Virus record (IMG/VR): IMGVR_UViG_3300044564_000013 | Coordinates: 1 to 40,279 of that record | Strand: one strand, 5' to 3' | Origin: a virus | DNA length: 40,279 nucleotides | Part shown: positions 1 to 6,520 of the stretch, in pieces | How positions within the stretch are numbered: the stretch's first letter is position 1 | How the letters are laid out: the number at the start of each line of letters is the position of its first letter | Position numbers and translations under genes: made by a program | Notes under the pieces: model-generated | The model's database searches: none | Seen by the model: only the letters and a program-made list of their open reading frames with translations | Told to the model about the DNA's origin: nothing

Positions 1-127
1 CGGCTTTGTAAGCTGCGCACAACAAAACCGCAGGTAGGAGGCTTGCATAGGCAAGTCGCGTCCTTATACGTCCTTAGGCGTCTAAAAATCAGCGGCGCTC
101 CCAGCCATCGAACGCGCACGCTATCGC
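1..127. repeat. Terminal direct overlap; nt 1-127 are identical to nt 40153-40279 (circular-assembly overlap or terminal redundancy)
   Basis: Both copies read cggctttgtaagctgcgcac...cgcacgctatcgc with no mismatch. The unique length is therefore 40152 nt. Confidence 0.95.
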
Positions 128-1234
128 CTCGGCGAACACGTCAACGTCCGGGCGGAAGTAGTTGACCTCTCCCACGCCCTTCCCGGCGTGGCCCATCATC
201 TTCTCCAAGAGGTCGCGGTCCATGTGCATCTCCGAGCGCATGTTGGTGCGCCACGACGCCCGGAGGTTGCGCATGGGCGCCTCCTCGTGCCCAGCGAGCG
301 CGCCGCCCCTTGCGAACGCCCTGCGCCACGCGGAGTCGATTGCGTTGCGCCCGACGATGCCGCCAAGCCCGTCATCGCACAGCCACTCGCTGCCGCTCGC
401 CTCGGCCTCCGACACGCGCTCCCTGAGCCACAGCGACCACGGCTCTGGCACCACCACCCAGCGCGTCGAGGCCTTGGTCTTCGGAGGGCCTATGCGCCTG
501 CCGCGACCACCGAGGAGCTGCCTCGTCACGTGGGCGCACGCAACCGTCATGCCGTTCACGTCGCGGAACTCGAAGTCACCGGGCTTGAGGCCGCACGCCT
601 CGCCGACGCGGCACGAGCCGAACGCCTGCATCACGAACGGCACCTCAAGCACGCTGCCCCTCAGCGCGTCTGCCATGTCCGCGCACTCAGAGAGCGGCCA
701 TATCTCCTTCGAGCGCTCGTCCACCCTCTCGCTCGTGCGGAACTTTGAGGCGGCAACGTTCTCCTCGACCAGCCCGTACAGCCTCGCGAGCCTCAGAATC
801 TCGCGCATCACAATCTGGACGCGGACGCCCATGGCCTTCGACTTGGTGAGAATCCACTCCTGGTATTCGAGCGGGGTTATCCCCGTCACGGCAACGTTCC
901 ACCAGCGCGGCTCGACGTGGGTGCGGTAGACGCCCATGTAGTGCTCGTAGGACTTGGGCTTGAGCGAGCCGTCGCGCAGCCTGCCCTCAAGCTCGGGGAC
1001 CCAGAACCTCTCCGCGACCTCGGATACCGTCATCGTGGGCGTGTCATCCCAGTGCGCGACCTGCCTCTCTGAGAGGAACCTCGCAGCCTCCCTGCGGGTC
1101 CACGGGCGCGTCATCGAGTGCCTCGCGTACCCGCGACCGTCGCGCTCGTCCGCCATCCACCGCACGCGGTAGACCCCATGGCGCACGCACTCAATCGAGC
1201 CGAACGAGCGCCGCTGGCCTTGTGCCATAATCAT
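89..1234 (-). CDS. int: Tyrosine recombinase / phage integrase
   Basis: Box I Arg is in GSCRVGEACGLKPGDF and the Lys is in PPKTKASTRWVVVP. Box II reads RNLR...MGHAGKGVGEVNYF, giving the His and Tyr nucleophile. The ORF is open to 1300, but the region upstream of 1234 overlaps a strong hairpin, so the start is taken at the MIMAQ... cluster (1234 or 1228). The 3' end lies inside the terminal overlap. Confidence 0.9.
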   Translation of the reverse strand: MIMAQGQRRSFGSIECVRHGVYRVRWMADERDGRGYARHSMTRPWTRREAARFLSERQVAHWDDTPTMTVSEVAERFWVPELEGRLRDGSLKPKSYEHYMGVYRTHVEPRWWNVAVTGITPLEYQEWILTKSKAMGVRVQIVMREILRLARLYGLVEENVAASKFRTSERVDERSKEIWPLSECADMADALRGSVLEVPFVMQAFGSCRVGEACGLKPGDFEFRDVNGMTVACAHVTRQLLGGRGRRIGPPKTKASTRWVVVPEPWSLWLRERVSEAEASGSEWLCDDGLGGIVGRNAIDSAWRRAFARGGALAGHEEAPMRNLRASWRTNMRSEMHMDRDLLEKMMGHAGKGVGEVNYFRPDVDVFAEAIACAFDGWERR

Positions 1235-1268
1235 CACCGTCCGTCCCCGTCTAAGGGGATAGGTCGCA

Positions 1269-1304
1269 GCCCGTGGGTATTGACTTCGCCGGTCACCCAC
1301 GGGC
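1269..1304 (-). terminator. 10-bp GC-rich hairpin between the lipoprotein gene and int; possible terminator or insulator
   Basis: gcccgtgggt (1269-1278) pairs with acccacgggc (1295-1304). A second 7-bp hairpin ctcatta/taatgag lies at 1315-1334. Neither has a clean U-tract. Confidence 0.35.
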
Positions 1305-1341
1305 GTCTCTGTCTCTCATTACGTTTTTAATGAGATTGACC

Positions 1342-2061
1342 CTATCTTGGGACGCGTGGGTTCGCGTAGCCCTCGATGCTCGCGTGCTCGGGAGCGACGT
1401 AGAACACCTCGGCCTCGAATGCCGTGTCATCCTGCGGCGTGGCATCCTCTGCGTACCCATACATCCCGTCAATGAGCTTTCCCTCTGAGTCGCGCAGTGC
1501 AATCACCACCCAGATATCGGTCTTCTGTGTGAAGTCGTTGTGCACCGTGCCGGTGACCTTGGTGTGCCTCCCGTCGTTTATCTCATTCAGATTTGCCACC
1601 TCGAACTTCGGGTCACCGTCAGTATCCAAGTCCCATGGAGCAAACTCGTTGTCATTGAGCGTGGCAACCTCAACCTCGATGCTCGCCGGTACGTACCTGC
1701 CGAGCTGCTGGTTGAACGCCACTTTGTGCTGGGGCAGCAGAAGCTGGGTCGAGCTATCGCTAGTCCCGAGAATCGCGCCGTTCTCGTCGTACGCGGTGGC
1801 ACGGACGCTCATGTACGTAGCCGCATATGATGTGTTCGGGTTCTCGACAATCGCCGTCCAATAGCTGTATTCGTTATCATCGTCGGTCGAGAAGCAGTAC
1901 TCGGTGACCCTCGGCTGTGCTGGCTTCTCCGATGGAGTCTGCTCTACATCTGTGGCTTGCGGGCTGTCCGTGGTCTGTGTGACCGCGTTGCCCGTCCCGC
2001 ATCCCGTGAGCGACAGGCCGACCATTCCCGCAAGCCCGATGAACGTCCTTCTGTCTATCAT
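1342..2061 (-). CDS. Secreted lipoprotein with a Tat-like signal; function unknown, candidate lysogenic-conversion or superinfection-exclusion protein
   Basis: N-terminus is MIDRRTFIGLAGMVGLSLTGC, giving a twin-arginine RRxFI motif, a hydrophobic core and an L-T-G-C lipobox. The GGAGGAGAG RBS sits just upstream of the ATG at 2061. The gene starts 14 nt after the repressor stop, so the two are likely co-transcribed. Confidence 0.75.
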   Translation of the reverse strand: MIDRRTFIGLAGMVGLSLTGCGTGNAVTQTTDSPQATDVEQTPSEKPAQPRVTEYCFSTDDDNEYSYWTAIVENPNTSYAATYMSVRATAYDENGAILGTSDSSTQLLLPQHKVAFNQQLGRYVPASIEVEVATLNDNEFAPWDLDTDGDPKFEVANLNEINDGRHTKVTGTVHNDFTQKTDIWVVIALRDSEGKLIDGMYGYAEDATPQDDTAFEAEVFYVAPEHASIEGYANPRVPR

Positions 2062-2075
2062 CTCTCCTCCTAGCC

Positions 2076-2717
2076 CTATTCGTACTCTCTGCTTGCCTGC
2101 CACCACACCACGGTTCCGTGGTATTCGATGGTGTGGTCATTGCCGGTTATCACGATGTCCTCGTAGCCGTCCCGCGCGGAGTCTGGCGAGAGGACAACCG
2201 TTGTCGCTCCCCTGTACAGCCTGCGCATGACGTAATCAGCACCGTCTATCGACACGACTGCGATTGAGCCGTTCTGTGGTGCAACGTCAGGGTCTATGAG
2301 GATGAAGCAGCCTGCTGGGTAGACGTTGCTCATGCAGTCGCCCTCTACCTCTAGGAAGTAGGCGTTCGGGTGGTGCTCGAATACCTCAGCTGGCAGAGAC
2401 ACGCGCTCTTCGAGGATGTCTGGCTCCTGCGCGTCTCCCGCGTGCACGCGCCCAAGCAACGGTGCGTAGGCTGGCTTGGACGGTTCTGGGATTATCGCGC
2501 CATCGGGAAGTCCGTCTACCATCTTGTCGGTGACTATCGCAGTCGTTGGCACGCCGAACGTGGCTGCGAGCTTCTGAACCATTCCCATACGTGGGTTCGA
2601 CCAGCCGTTCTCCCACTGAGTGACCGTCGAGCGAGAGACGCCTATCTTGTCGGCAAGCTCCTCCTGCGTGAGGTGGTTCTGTTTGCGGAGTGAACGTATG
2701 TTTGTTCCGACAGACAT
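2076..2717 (-). CDS. CI/LexA-type repressor: XRE HTH plus S24 peptidase-like C-terminal domain
   Basis: HTH is IRSLRKQNHLTQEELADKIGVSRSTVTQWENG. A LexA-like linker GRVHAGD carries the Ala-Gly site. The S24 fold motifs are VEGDCMS...YVMRRL. The GGAG RBS lies 8 nt before the ATG at 2717. The gene is divergent from a Cro-like gene. Confidence 0.9.
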   Translation of the reverse strand: MSVGTNIRSLRKQNHLTQEELADKIGVSRSTVTQWENGWSNPRMGMVQKLAATFGVPTTAIVTDKMVDGLPDGAIIPEPSKPAYAPLLGRVHAGDAQEPDILEERVSLPAEVFEHHPNAYFLEVEGDCMSNVYPAGCFILIDPDVAPQNGSIAVVSIDGADYVMRRLYRGATTVVLSPDSARDGYEDIVITGNDHTIEYHGTVVWWQASREYE

Positions 2718-2833
2718 TCTCACCACTCCAAACCGACGTTGGACAACTTTTTAGAACATTTTAGTGAATCGATATTGACTACGGAATGTTTGTTTAACTA
2801 TCATCGCATCAGCAACGGGGAGAGGAGGGGTGT
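2718..2833. promoter_or_regulatory. Immunity switch region with back-to-back divergent promoters
   Basis: Rightward candidate promoter is TTGACT (2775-2780), an 18-nt spacer, then TATCAT (2799-2804), followed by the RBS GGAGAGGAGGGG. Leftward candidate -10 is TAAAAT (complement of 2758-2763) with a weak -35. This is a low-GC stretch with short AACATT/AATGTT inverted words that may be operators. Confidence 0.5.
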
Positions 2834-3031
2834 ATGCAGACTCTCAAGGAAGTCAGGAAGCAGCGCGGGGTTCTCCAAAAGGCAGTTGCCGAGCATCTTG
2901 GCATCTCAAGGCAGACGTACAGCAAGTACGAGAACAACCAGGAGCGCATGACTATCAGTCAGGCAAAGGCTGTCTGCGAGTTCCTGCACTGCGACATCGA
3001 TGATGTTTTTTTGCCTGTTGAGGGCAACTAA
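2834..3031 (+). CDS. Cro-like XRE-family HTH regulator
   Basis: 65 aa. The HTH is QKAVAEHLGISRQTYSKYENNQ. The gene is divergent from the repressor and has a strong RBS. Confidence 0.85.
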   Translation: MQTLKEVRKQRGVLQKAVAEHLGISRQTYSKYENNQERMTISQAKAVCEFLHCDIDDVFLPVEGN

Positions 3032-3032
3032 A

Positions 3033-3050
3033 CAAACCTATTGAGGTTTG
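3033..3050 (+). terminator. Small hairpin immediately after cro; possible attenuator, tR1-like
   Basis: caaacct attg aggtttg forms a 7-bp stem, followed by tctggttg. It is a weak intrinsic terminator at best. Confidence 0.3.
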
Positions 3051-3243
3051 TCTGGTTGCCGCTTACCTGGCTGCACTACAGCACCACCCGCACCCTGACA
3101 ACCGAAAGCACCGCACGGAGACGTGCCCTAGCAGCGAGCCTAGAGAGCGCGATGACCTGCGAACACGGGTTGTGGATGCGTCCACGGGCGTCCGAGGAGC
3201 GGTGCGGAGTCGGCAACTGGCCAAGAAGTCCAGACCGGCGAAA

Positions 3244-3269
3244 TGGTAATCGGTCACGCATGTCGGGCG
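3244..3269. repeat. Left arm of a 26-nt imperfect inverted repeat; partner at 3427-3452
   Basis: tggtaatcggtcacgcatgtcgggcg compared with the reverse complement of cgcccgacctgcatggccgattacca gives 23/26 matches. One of the three mismatches would be a G-U pair in RNA. Confidence 0.85.
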
Positions 3270-3326
3270 TGGCCTACACGATAGACGCAGGATGGGGGCG
3301 CTGGTGAAACCCCATTTCCAAGAGAC

Positions 3327-3353
3327 GCGGGTTCGACTCCCGCACCGACTGCA
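3327..3353 (+). other. tRNA/tmRNA-like T-arm plus 3' acceptor-strand-like segment; not a complete tRNA
   Basis: gcggg-ttcgact-cccgc is a perfect 5-bp T-stem with a canonical 7-nt TTCGANT loop. It is followed by accgact, g, ca. The flank agagacgcgggttcgactcccgc resembles tmRNA and tRNA 3' regions. The only 5' partner found is agtcggc at 3208-3214 (6/7 pairs), about 145 nt upstream. No cloverleaf could be built. Confidence 0.4.
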
Positions 3354-3426
3354 TGGCAGAGCGCGGAGTCACGCCAGCAATTCCGCAAAGCTCCTCCCGC
3401 AAGCCGGTTAGCACTGTCGGAATGTG

Positions 3427-3452
3427 CGCCCGACCTGCATGGCCGATTACCA
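3427..3452. repeat. Right arm of the 26-nt inverted repeat; partner at 3244-3269
   Basis: See the left arm. The two arms enclose 157 nt, which contain the T-arm/acceptor-like element. Confidence 0.85.
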
Positions 3453-3678
3453 GCACCAAGAACTACCCGTGCCACCCGCGCGTGCGACGCGGATTCGCCC
3501 TGTGGGCCTACTCCGTCCCACCGATGGGCGTCTCAAGGACGGCACGAGGCGCTGCCCAAAATTCTCAGCGCCGCCGCCCTGGCCCGCGCCGCATGCGCGG
3601 ATGGCACGGAAGGAAGCAAAAAGGAAAGCCCGTCACCTGATAGCGCAGGGACGGGCGCGACACATGGAAGGAGCCAAA

Positions 3679-4497
3679 GTGTCAGAAGAGATTCTACCCC
3701 AAGTGTTCGACAACCCGGAGTTCGGTACCATCCGGGTCGTTAAGAGCGAGTCCGGTGAACCACTGTTCCTTGTTAAAGACATATGCGACTTCTTTGGGGT
3801 CACTAACAGGAACAGAGTTTTGCAACAGCTCGATGATGACGAAAAGGGGGGTACGCAAATCGACACCCCCGGTGGGAAGCAGACGATGACCTACCTAACC
3901 GAGGCTGGTCTGTACCACTTCCTGTTCATCATCCAGCCATCAAAAGCACGAGGAGTCCCGCAAGAAGCGATTGATGCCAAGTGCAAGCTGGTTAACCGCT
4001 ACAAGCGCTGGGTGACCCACGACGTGCTCCCGTCCATCCGCAAGCGTGGCGGCTACATGGTCGCACGGCCAGACGAGACCCCGGAGCAGCTGCTGGCACG
4101 CGCCCTCAAGCTCGCGGACGCCACGCTGCGGGAGAGGGACGCGCGCATCGCCGAGCTTGAGCCGAAGGCGCTGTTCGCTGACGCGGTTGCCGCGTCTGAC
4201 GGCACGTGCCTCGTGGGCGAGCTGGCGAAGATGATGCGCCAGAACGGCCTCGACATCGGCCAGAACCGCATGTTCGAGCTGCTGCGCAACGACGGGTACC
4301 TCGGCAAGTCCGGCAGCAACCGCAACGTTCCGACGCAGATGGCAATGGACCTCGGCCTCTTCCGTATCAAGGAGACGGCCATAACGCACAGCGACGGCCA
4401 CGTGACCATCAACCGCACGCCAAAGGTGACCGGCAAGGGCCAGAGGTACTTCGTTGACCGCTACTGCATCAAGAGGAGGCTCCCGGATGCTGGATAG
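3679..4497 (+). CDS. Phage antirepressor: Bro-N domain plus KilA-C/ANT C-terminal domain
   Basis: Bro-N-like N-terminus is FDNPEFGTIRVVKSESGEPLFLVKDICDFFGV...LTEAGLYHFL. KilAC-like C-terminus is LFADAVAASDGTCLVGELAKMMRQNGLDIGQNRMFELLRNDGYL. An AAGGAG RBS lies 5 nt before the GTG at 3679. The upstream part of the track ORF (from 3424) is judged non-coding. Confidence 0.85.
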   Translation: MSEEILPQVFDNPEFGTIRVVKSESGEPLFLVKDICDFFGVTNRNRVLQQLDDDEKGGTQIDTPGGKQTMTYLTEAGLYHFLFIIQPSKARGVPQEAIDAKCKLVNRYKRWVTHDVLPSIRKRGGYMVARPDETPEQLLARALKLADATLRERDARIAELEPKALFADAVAASDGTCLVGELAKMMRQNGLDIGQNRMFELLRNDGYLGKSGSNRNVPTQMAMDLGLFRIKETAITHSDGHVTINRTPKVTGKGQRYFVDRYCIKRRLPDAG

Positions 4498-4651
4498 GGC
4501 AATCGACTGGGCCGTGGAGCACGACATTCTCTGCTACGGCCCATACAACCAGTTATTCATCGCAGACCGCGTGTGGCCGCTCTGCGTGGCCGTCATGGCC
4601 GCGCTCGTGCTGCTCGCGGCCTACATCGAGCACGGTACCGTAATCGTCTAG
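4487..4651 (+). CDS. Small membrane protein, hypothetical
   Basis: AGGAGG RBS. The ATG overlaps the antirepressor stop. A C-terminal hydrophobic helix reads VWPLCVAVMAALVLLAAYI. Confidence 0.55.
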   Translation: MLDRAIDWAVEHDILCYGPYNQLFIADRVWPLCVAVMAALVLLAAYIEHGTVIV

Positions 4652-4665
4652 GTTATGGAGGTTAC

Positions 4666-5064
4666 GTGAAGGACAGAAACGGCGGAAACAGGTTTGTTTC
4701 ACGCGCAGCTCAGACGGCCTACCCGAACGAGAACAAGCCGTGGTCGAACTCTGAGAAGAGGACGCTCTCACGCAACCGCAACGAGGGCGCCGACGCCATA
4801 GCCGAGATTCTGGGGCGCTCGCCGAGGGCGGTGCGCGTGATGGCCTCCAAGATGCACGTCTCGCTCAGGGTCTCGCCCGGTGACGTGTGCCCGGTGTGCG
4901 GTGTACACGAGATTCGCCCGCACACCGCCGCAGCGCGCCACGGGATGTGCCCCACCTGCTGGACCAGGAAGCTCACGAGCCTCCGCGAGGAGGAGGCCAG
5001 CATCAGACAGGCTGAGCGCGACTACCAGGCGGCGAAGAAGCGCGCGCAGAGGAGCGGCAGATGA
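4666..5064 (+). CDS. Hypothetical DNA-binding protein: Myb/SANT-like HTH plus CxxC...CxxC zinc ribbon
   Basis: GGAGG RBS before the GTG at 4666. Motifs are PWSNSEKRTLSRNRNEGADAIAEILGRSPRAVRVMASKM and CPVCG...CPTCW. Confidence 0.6.
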   Translation: MKDRNGGNRFVSRAAQTAYPNENKPWSNSEKRTLSRNRNEGADAIAEILGRSPRAVRVMASKMHVSLRVSPGDVCPVCGVHEIRPHTAAARHGMCPTCWTRKLTSLREEEASIRQAERDYQAAKKRAQRSGR

Positions 5065-5450
5065 GGACAAGGATGTGTCCGCACTGCGGGAAGCCGGTCC
5101 CAATCGGCCAGCCTTGCCCGCGCTGCGGGGGAGCAAGCAGGAGGCACGGCACGCGCAGCCGCGAGCAGGAGGGCCGCAGGGCCGACGAGAACCCCTGGCG
5201 CGCGGAGTATTCCAGCGCCGAGTACCGGCGCGCCCGCCAGGAGGTAATCGAGAGGCAGCAGGGCCGCTGCGCGGCGTGCGGGCGCGTGGTGGCCGTGCGC
5301 ATGGGAAGGCAGTGGCACACGCGGGGAGGCGGGGTGCACCACGTGAGGGCGCTCTCCGAGGGCGGGACCAACTCCCCGGAGAACCTGGTGCTGCTCTGCA
5401 CCAGGTGCCACAACCGCATAGACGCCGAGAGGAGGAGGAATGGCAGCTGA
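5061..5450 (+). CDS. HNH endonuclease
   Basis: N-terminal CPHCG...CPRCG zinc ribbon. The HNH core is VHHVRALSEGGTNSPENLVLLCTRCHNRID. Confidence 0.85.
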   Translation: MRTRMCPHCGKPVPIGQPCPRCGGASRRHGTRSREQEGRRADENPWRAEYSSAEYRRARQEVIERQQGRCAACGRVVAVRMGRQWHTRGGGVHHVRALSEGGTNSPENLVLLCTRCHNRIDAERRRNGS

Positions 5451-5751
5451 CCCGATTGACGTGTATCTGAGGCAGGTAGACGAGCTTGGCAGGGAGCTTC
5501 GCAGGCGTCTGAGCGAGGCTCCCCTTCCATGCGGCAGCAGGTCGCTGAGCTTCGCCGTCGAGGCCGGGTTGCCTCCCGCGAGGGCGTACACGGTTGCAGA
5601 GACCGCGCGCTACTCGGGCATCGACGAGAGGACGCTGCGCAACGAGCACGAGGCCGGGAGGCTGCGCTTCGTGATGCCGAACGGCACGGCCAGGGGCTAT
5701 CGGATATCGGTCGACGAGATGGACCGGTGGATGGAGGAGAGCCAGAGATGA
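5440..5751 (+). CDS. Excisionase-family / MerR-like HTH DNA-binding protein; candidate Xis
   Basis: YTVAETARYSGIDERTLRNEHEAGRLRFVMPNGTARGYRISVDEMDRWM matches the excisionase-type winged helix pattern. Confidence 0.6.
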   Translation: MAADPIDVYLRQVDELGRELRRRLSEAPLPCGSRSLSFAVEAGLPPARAYTVAETARYSGIDERTLRNEHEAGRLRFVMPNGTARGYRISVDEMDRWMEESQR

Positions 5752-6059
5752 GCGGGATATCGCGCCTCGGGGGCTACATGGAGCGCGACGCGAGCTATTA
5801 CGGCCACGTCGCGGGAGGCCCAGGCGAGGTAGACAGGTTCGGAACGTCGCGCGACGCCACGCCGCGCAGGCCAGCGGGCAGGACCGAGAGGACCATTGGC
5901 GAGTCCCACGGCCACCGCTGCGTCATAGGCCGCGACATGGAGGTGTTCGACATCGCGCCCCCACCGCACGGGCGCTGGTACGTCGGCAAGGCACAGTCGG
6001 ACTCCGACGCGCTGAGCAAGTGGAGGGGCTGGCTTCGCTCCCAGGGGGTGGTCGCGTGA
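5748..6059 (+). CDS. Hypothetical protein
   Basis: ATGA overlap with the preceding stop suggests translational coupling. No recognisable motif. Confidence 0.5.
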   Translation: MSGISRLGGYMERDASYYGHVAGGPGEVDRFGTSRDATPRRPAGRTERTIGESHGHRCVIGRDMEVFDIAPPPHGRWYVGKAQSDSDALSKWRGWLRSQGVVA

Positions 6060-6520
6060 ACAGGTCGAAAAAGAGAGGAACCGCCTTCGAGACGGCGCTC
6101 GTACATTGGCTGCGCGAGCGCCTCGGGGACGAGCGCATAGAGCGCCGCGCCCTGCACGGCAGCAAGGACATGGGTGACATCTACGGCCTTGTCTGCCACG
6201 GCAACGCCGAGGGCATCGTCGAGGCCAAGGCGCACGCCACCGTCACTCCATCGCTCGTCGCGGAGTGGCAGCGCCAGACGGAGGACGAGCAGGAGAACGC
6301 GGGCGCGGACTTCGCGCTCCTCGCGATAAAGACGCCGAACGTCGGCCAGAAGTCGCTCGGGCGTACGCGGGTGAGGATGACAACGGCATCTCTCCTCGCA
6401 ATATCCGGCGTCGCATGGCTGCACGGGGCACACGACTCTGCGCTCTCGCGCTGGGTGGAGACGGACCTTGAGACCGTCTGCTCGCTGATGGGAGGGGATT
6501 CTGATGGGTGCCCCGCGTGA
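6056..6520 (+). CDS. PD-(D/E)xK nuclease, archaeal Hjc-like Holliday-junction resolvase type
   Basis: KRGTAFETALVHWLRE...GSKDMGDIYGLV...GIVEAKA gives the D...E-x-K signature. GTGA overlap with the upstream stop. Confidence 0.6.
   Translation: MNRSKKRGTAFETALVHWLRERLGDERIERRALHGSKDMGDIYGLVCHGNAEGIVEAKAHATVTPSLVAEWQRQTEDEQENAGADFALLAIKTPNVGQKSLGRTRVRMTTASLLAISGVAWLHGAHDSALSRWVETDLETVCSLMGGDSDGCPA

Larger units (their letters stand above)
3051..3678 (+). ncRNA. Long non-coding, hairpin-rich island; candidate structured RNA or regulatory leader of the antirepressor
   Basis: There is no ORF with phage-like codon usage. The track ORFs here are W/R/P-rich and overlap on both strands. Many local hairpins are present: 3255-3271, 3292-3315, 3513-3542 and 3628-3656. 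The island also holds a 26-nt long-range inverted repeat and a tRNA-like module. Confidence 0.45.

Noticed and set aside
3208-3353. Complete tRNA or tmRNA gene
   Set aside because: Only the T-arm and a 3' acceptor-like strand are convincing. The sole 5' partner is 145 nt away with a C-A mismatch. No 7-nt anticodon loop can be drawn. The acceptor end would start with A-U and lacks the G-U and CCA features needed for tmRNA. An in-frame ...RRALAAS stretch at 3115-3140 is not followed by a stop. The region is kept only as a tRNA-like fragment.

A permuted two-piece tmRNA layout was also considered. No complementary 5' strand exists downstream.
3244-3452. MITE or IS-like element bounded by the 26-nt inverted repeat
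   Set aside because: No target-site duplication flanks the arms (gcgaaa on the left, gcacca on the right). No transposase is present. A second copy elsewhere in the window was not seen. This cannot be fully excluded without database searches.
3041-3663. Track ORFs 3041-3307 (+), 3063-3257 (-), 3254-3475 (-) and the N-terminal 85 codons of 3424-4497
   Set aside because: They are W/R/P-rich and mutually overlapping on both strands. They have no RBS, and their codon usage is unlike the flanking genes. The antirepressor has a much better start (AAGGAG, 5 nt, then GTG at 3679) at the point where the Bro-N domain begins.
3032-3678. Retron or DGR-type element
   Set aside because: The inverted repeats and structured RNA are suggestive. 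However, no reverse transcriptase gene exists anywhere in the 40-kb genome.
5471-5485. Extra copy of the CGCAGGTA-type motif (ggcaggtagacgagc)
   Set aside because: It lies inside the Xis-like coding sequence and diverges in the flanks. It is treated as a chance partial match rather than a functional copy.
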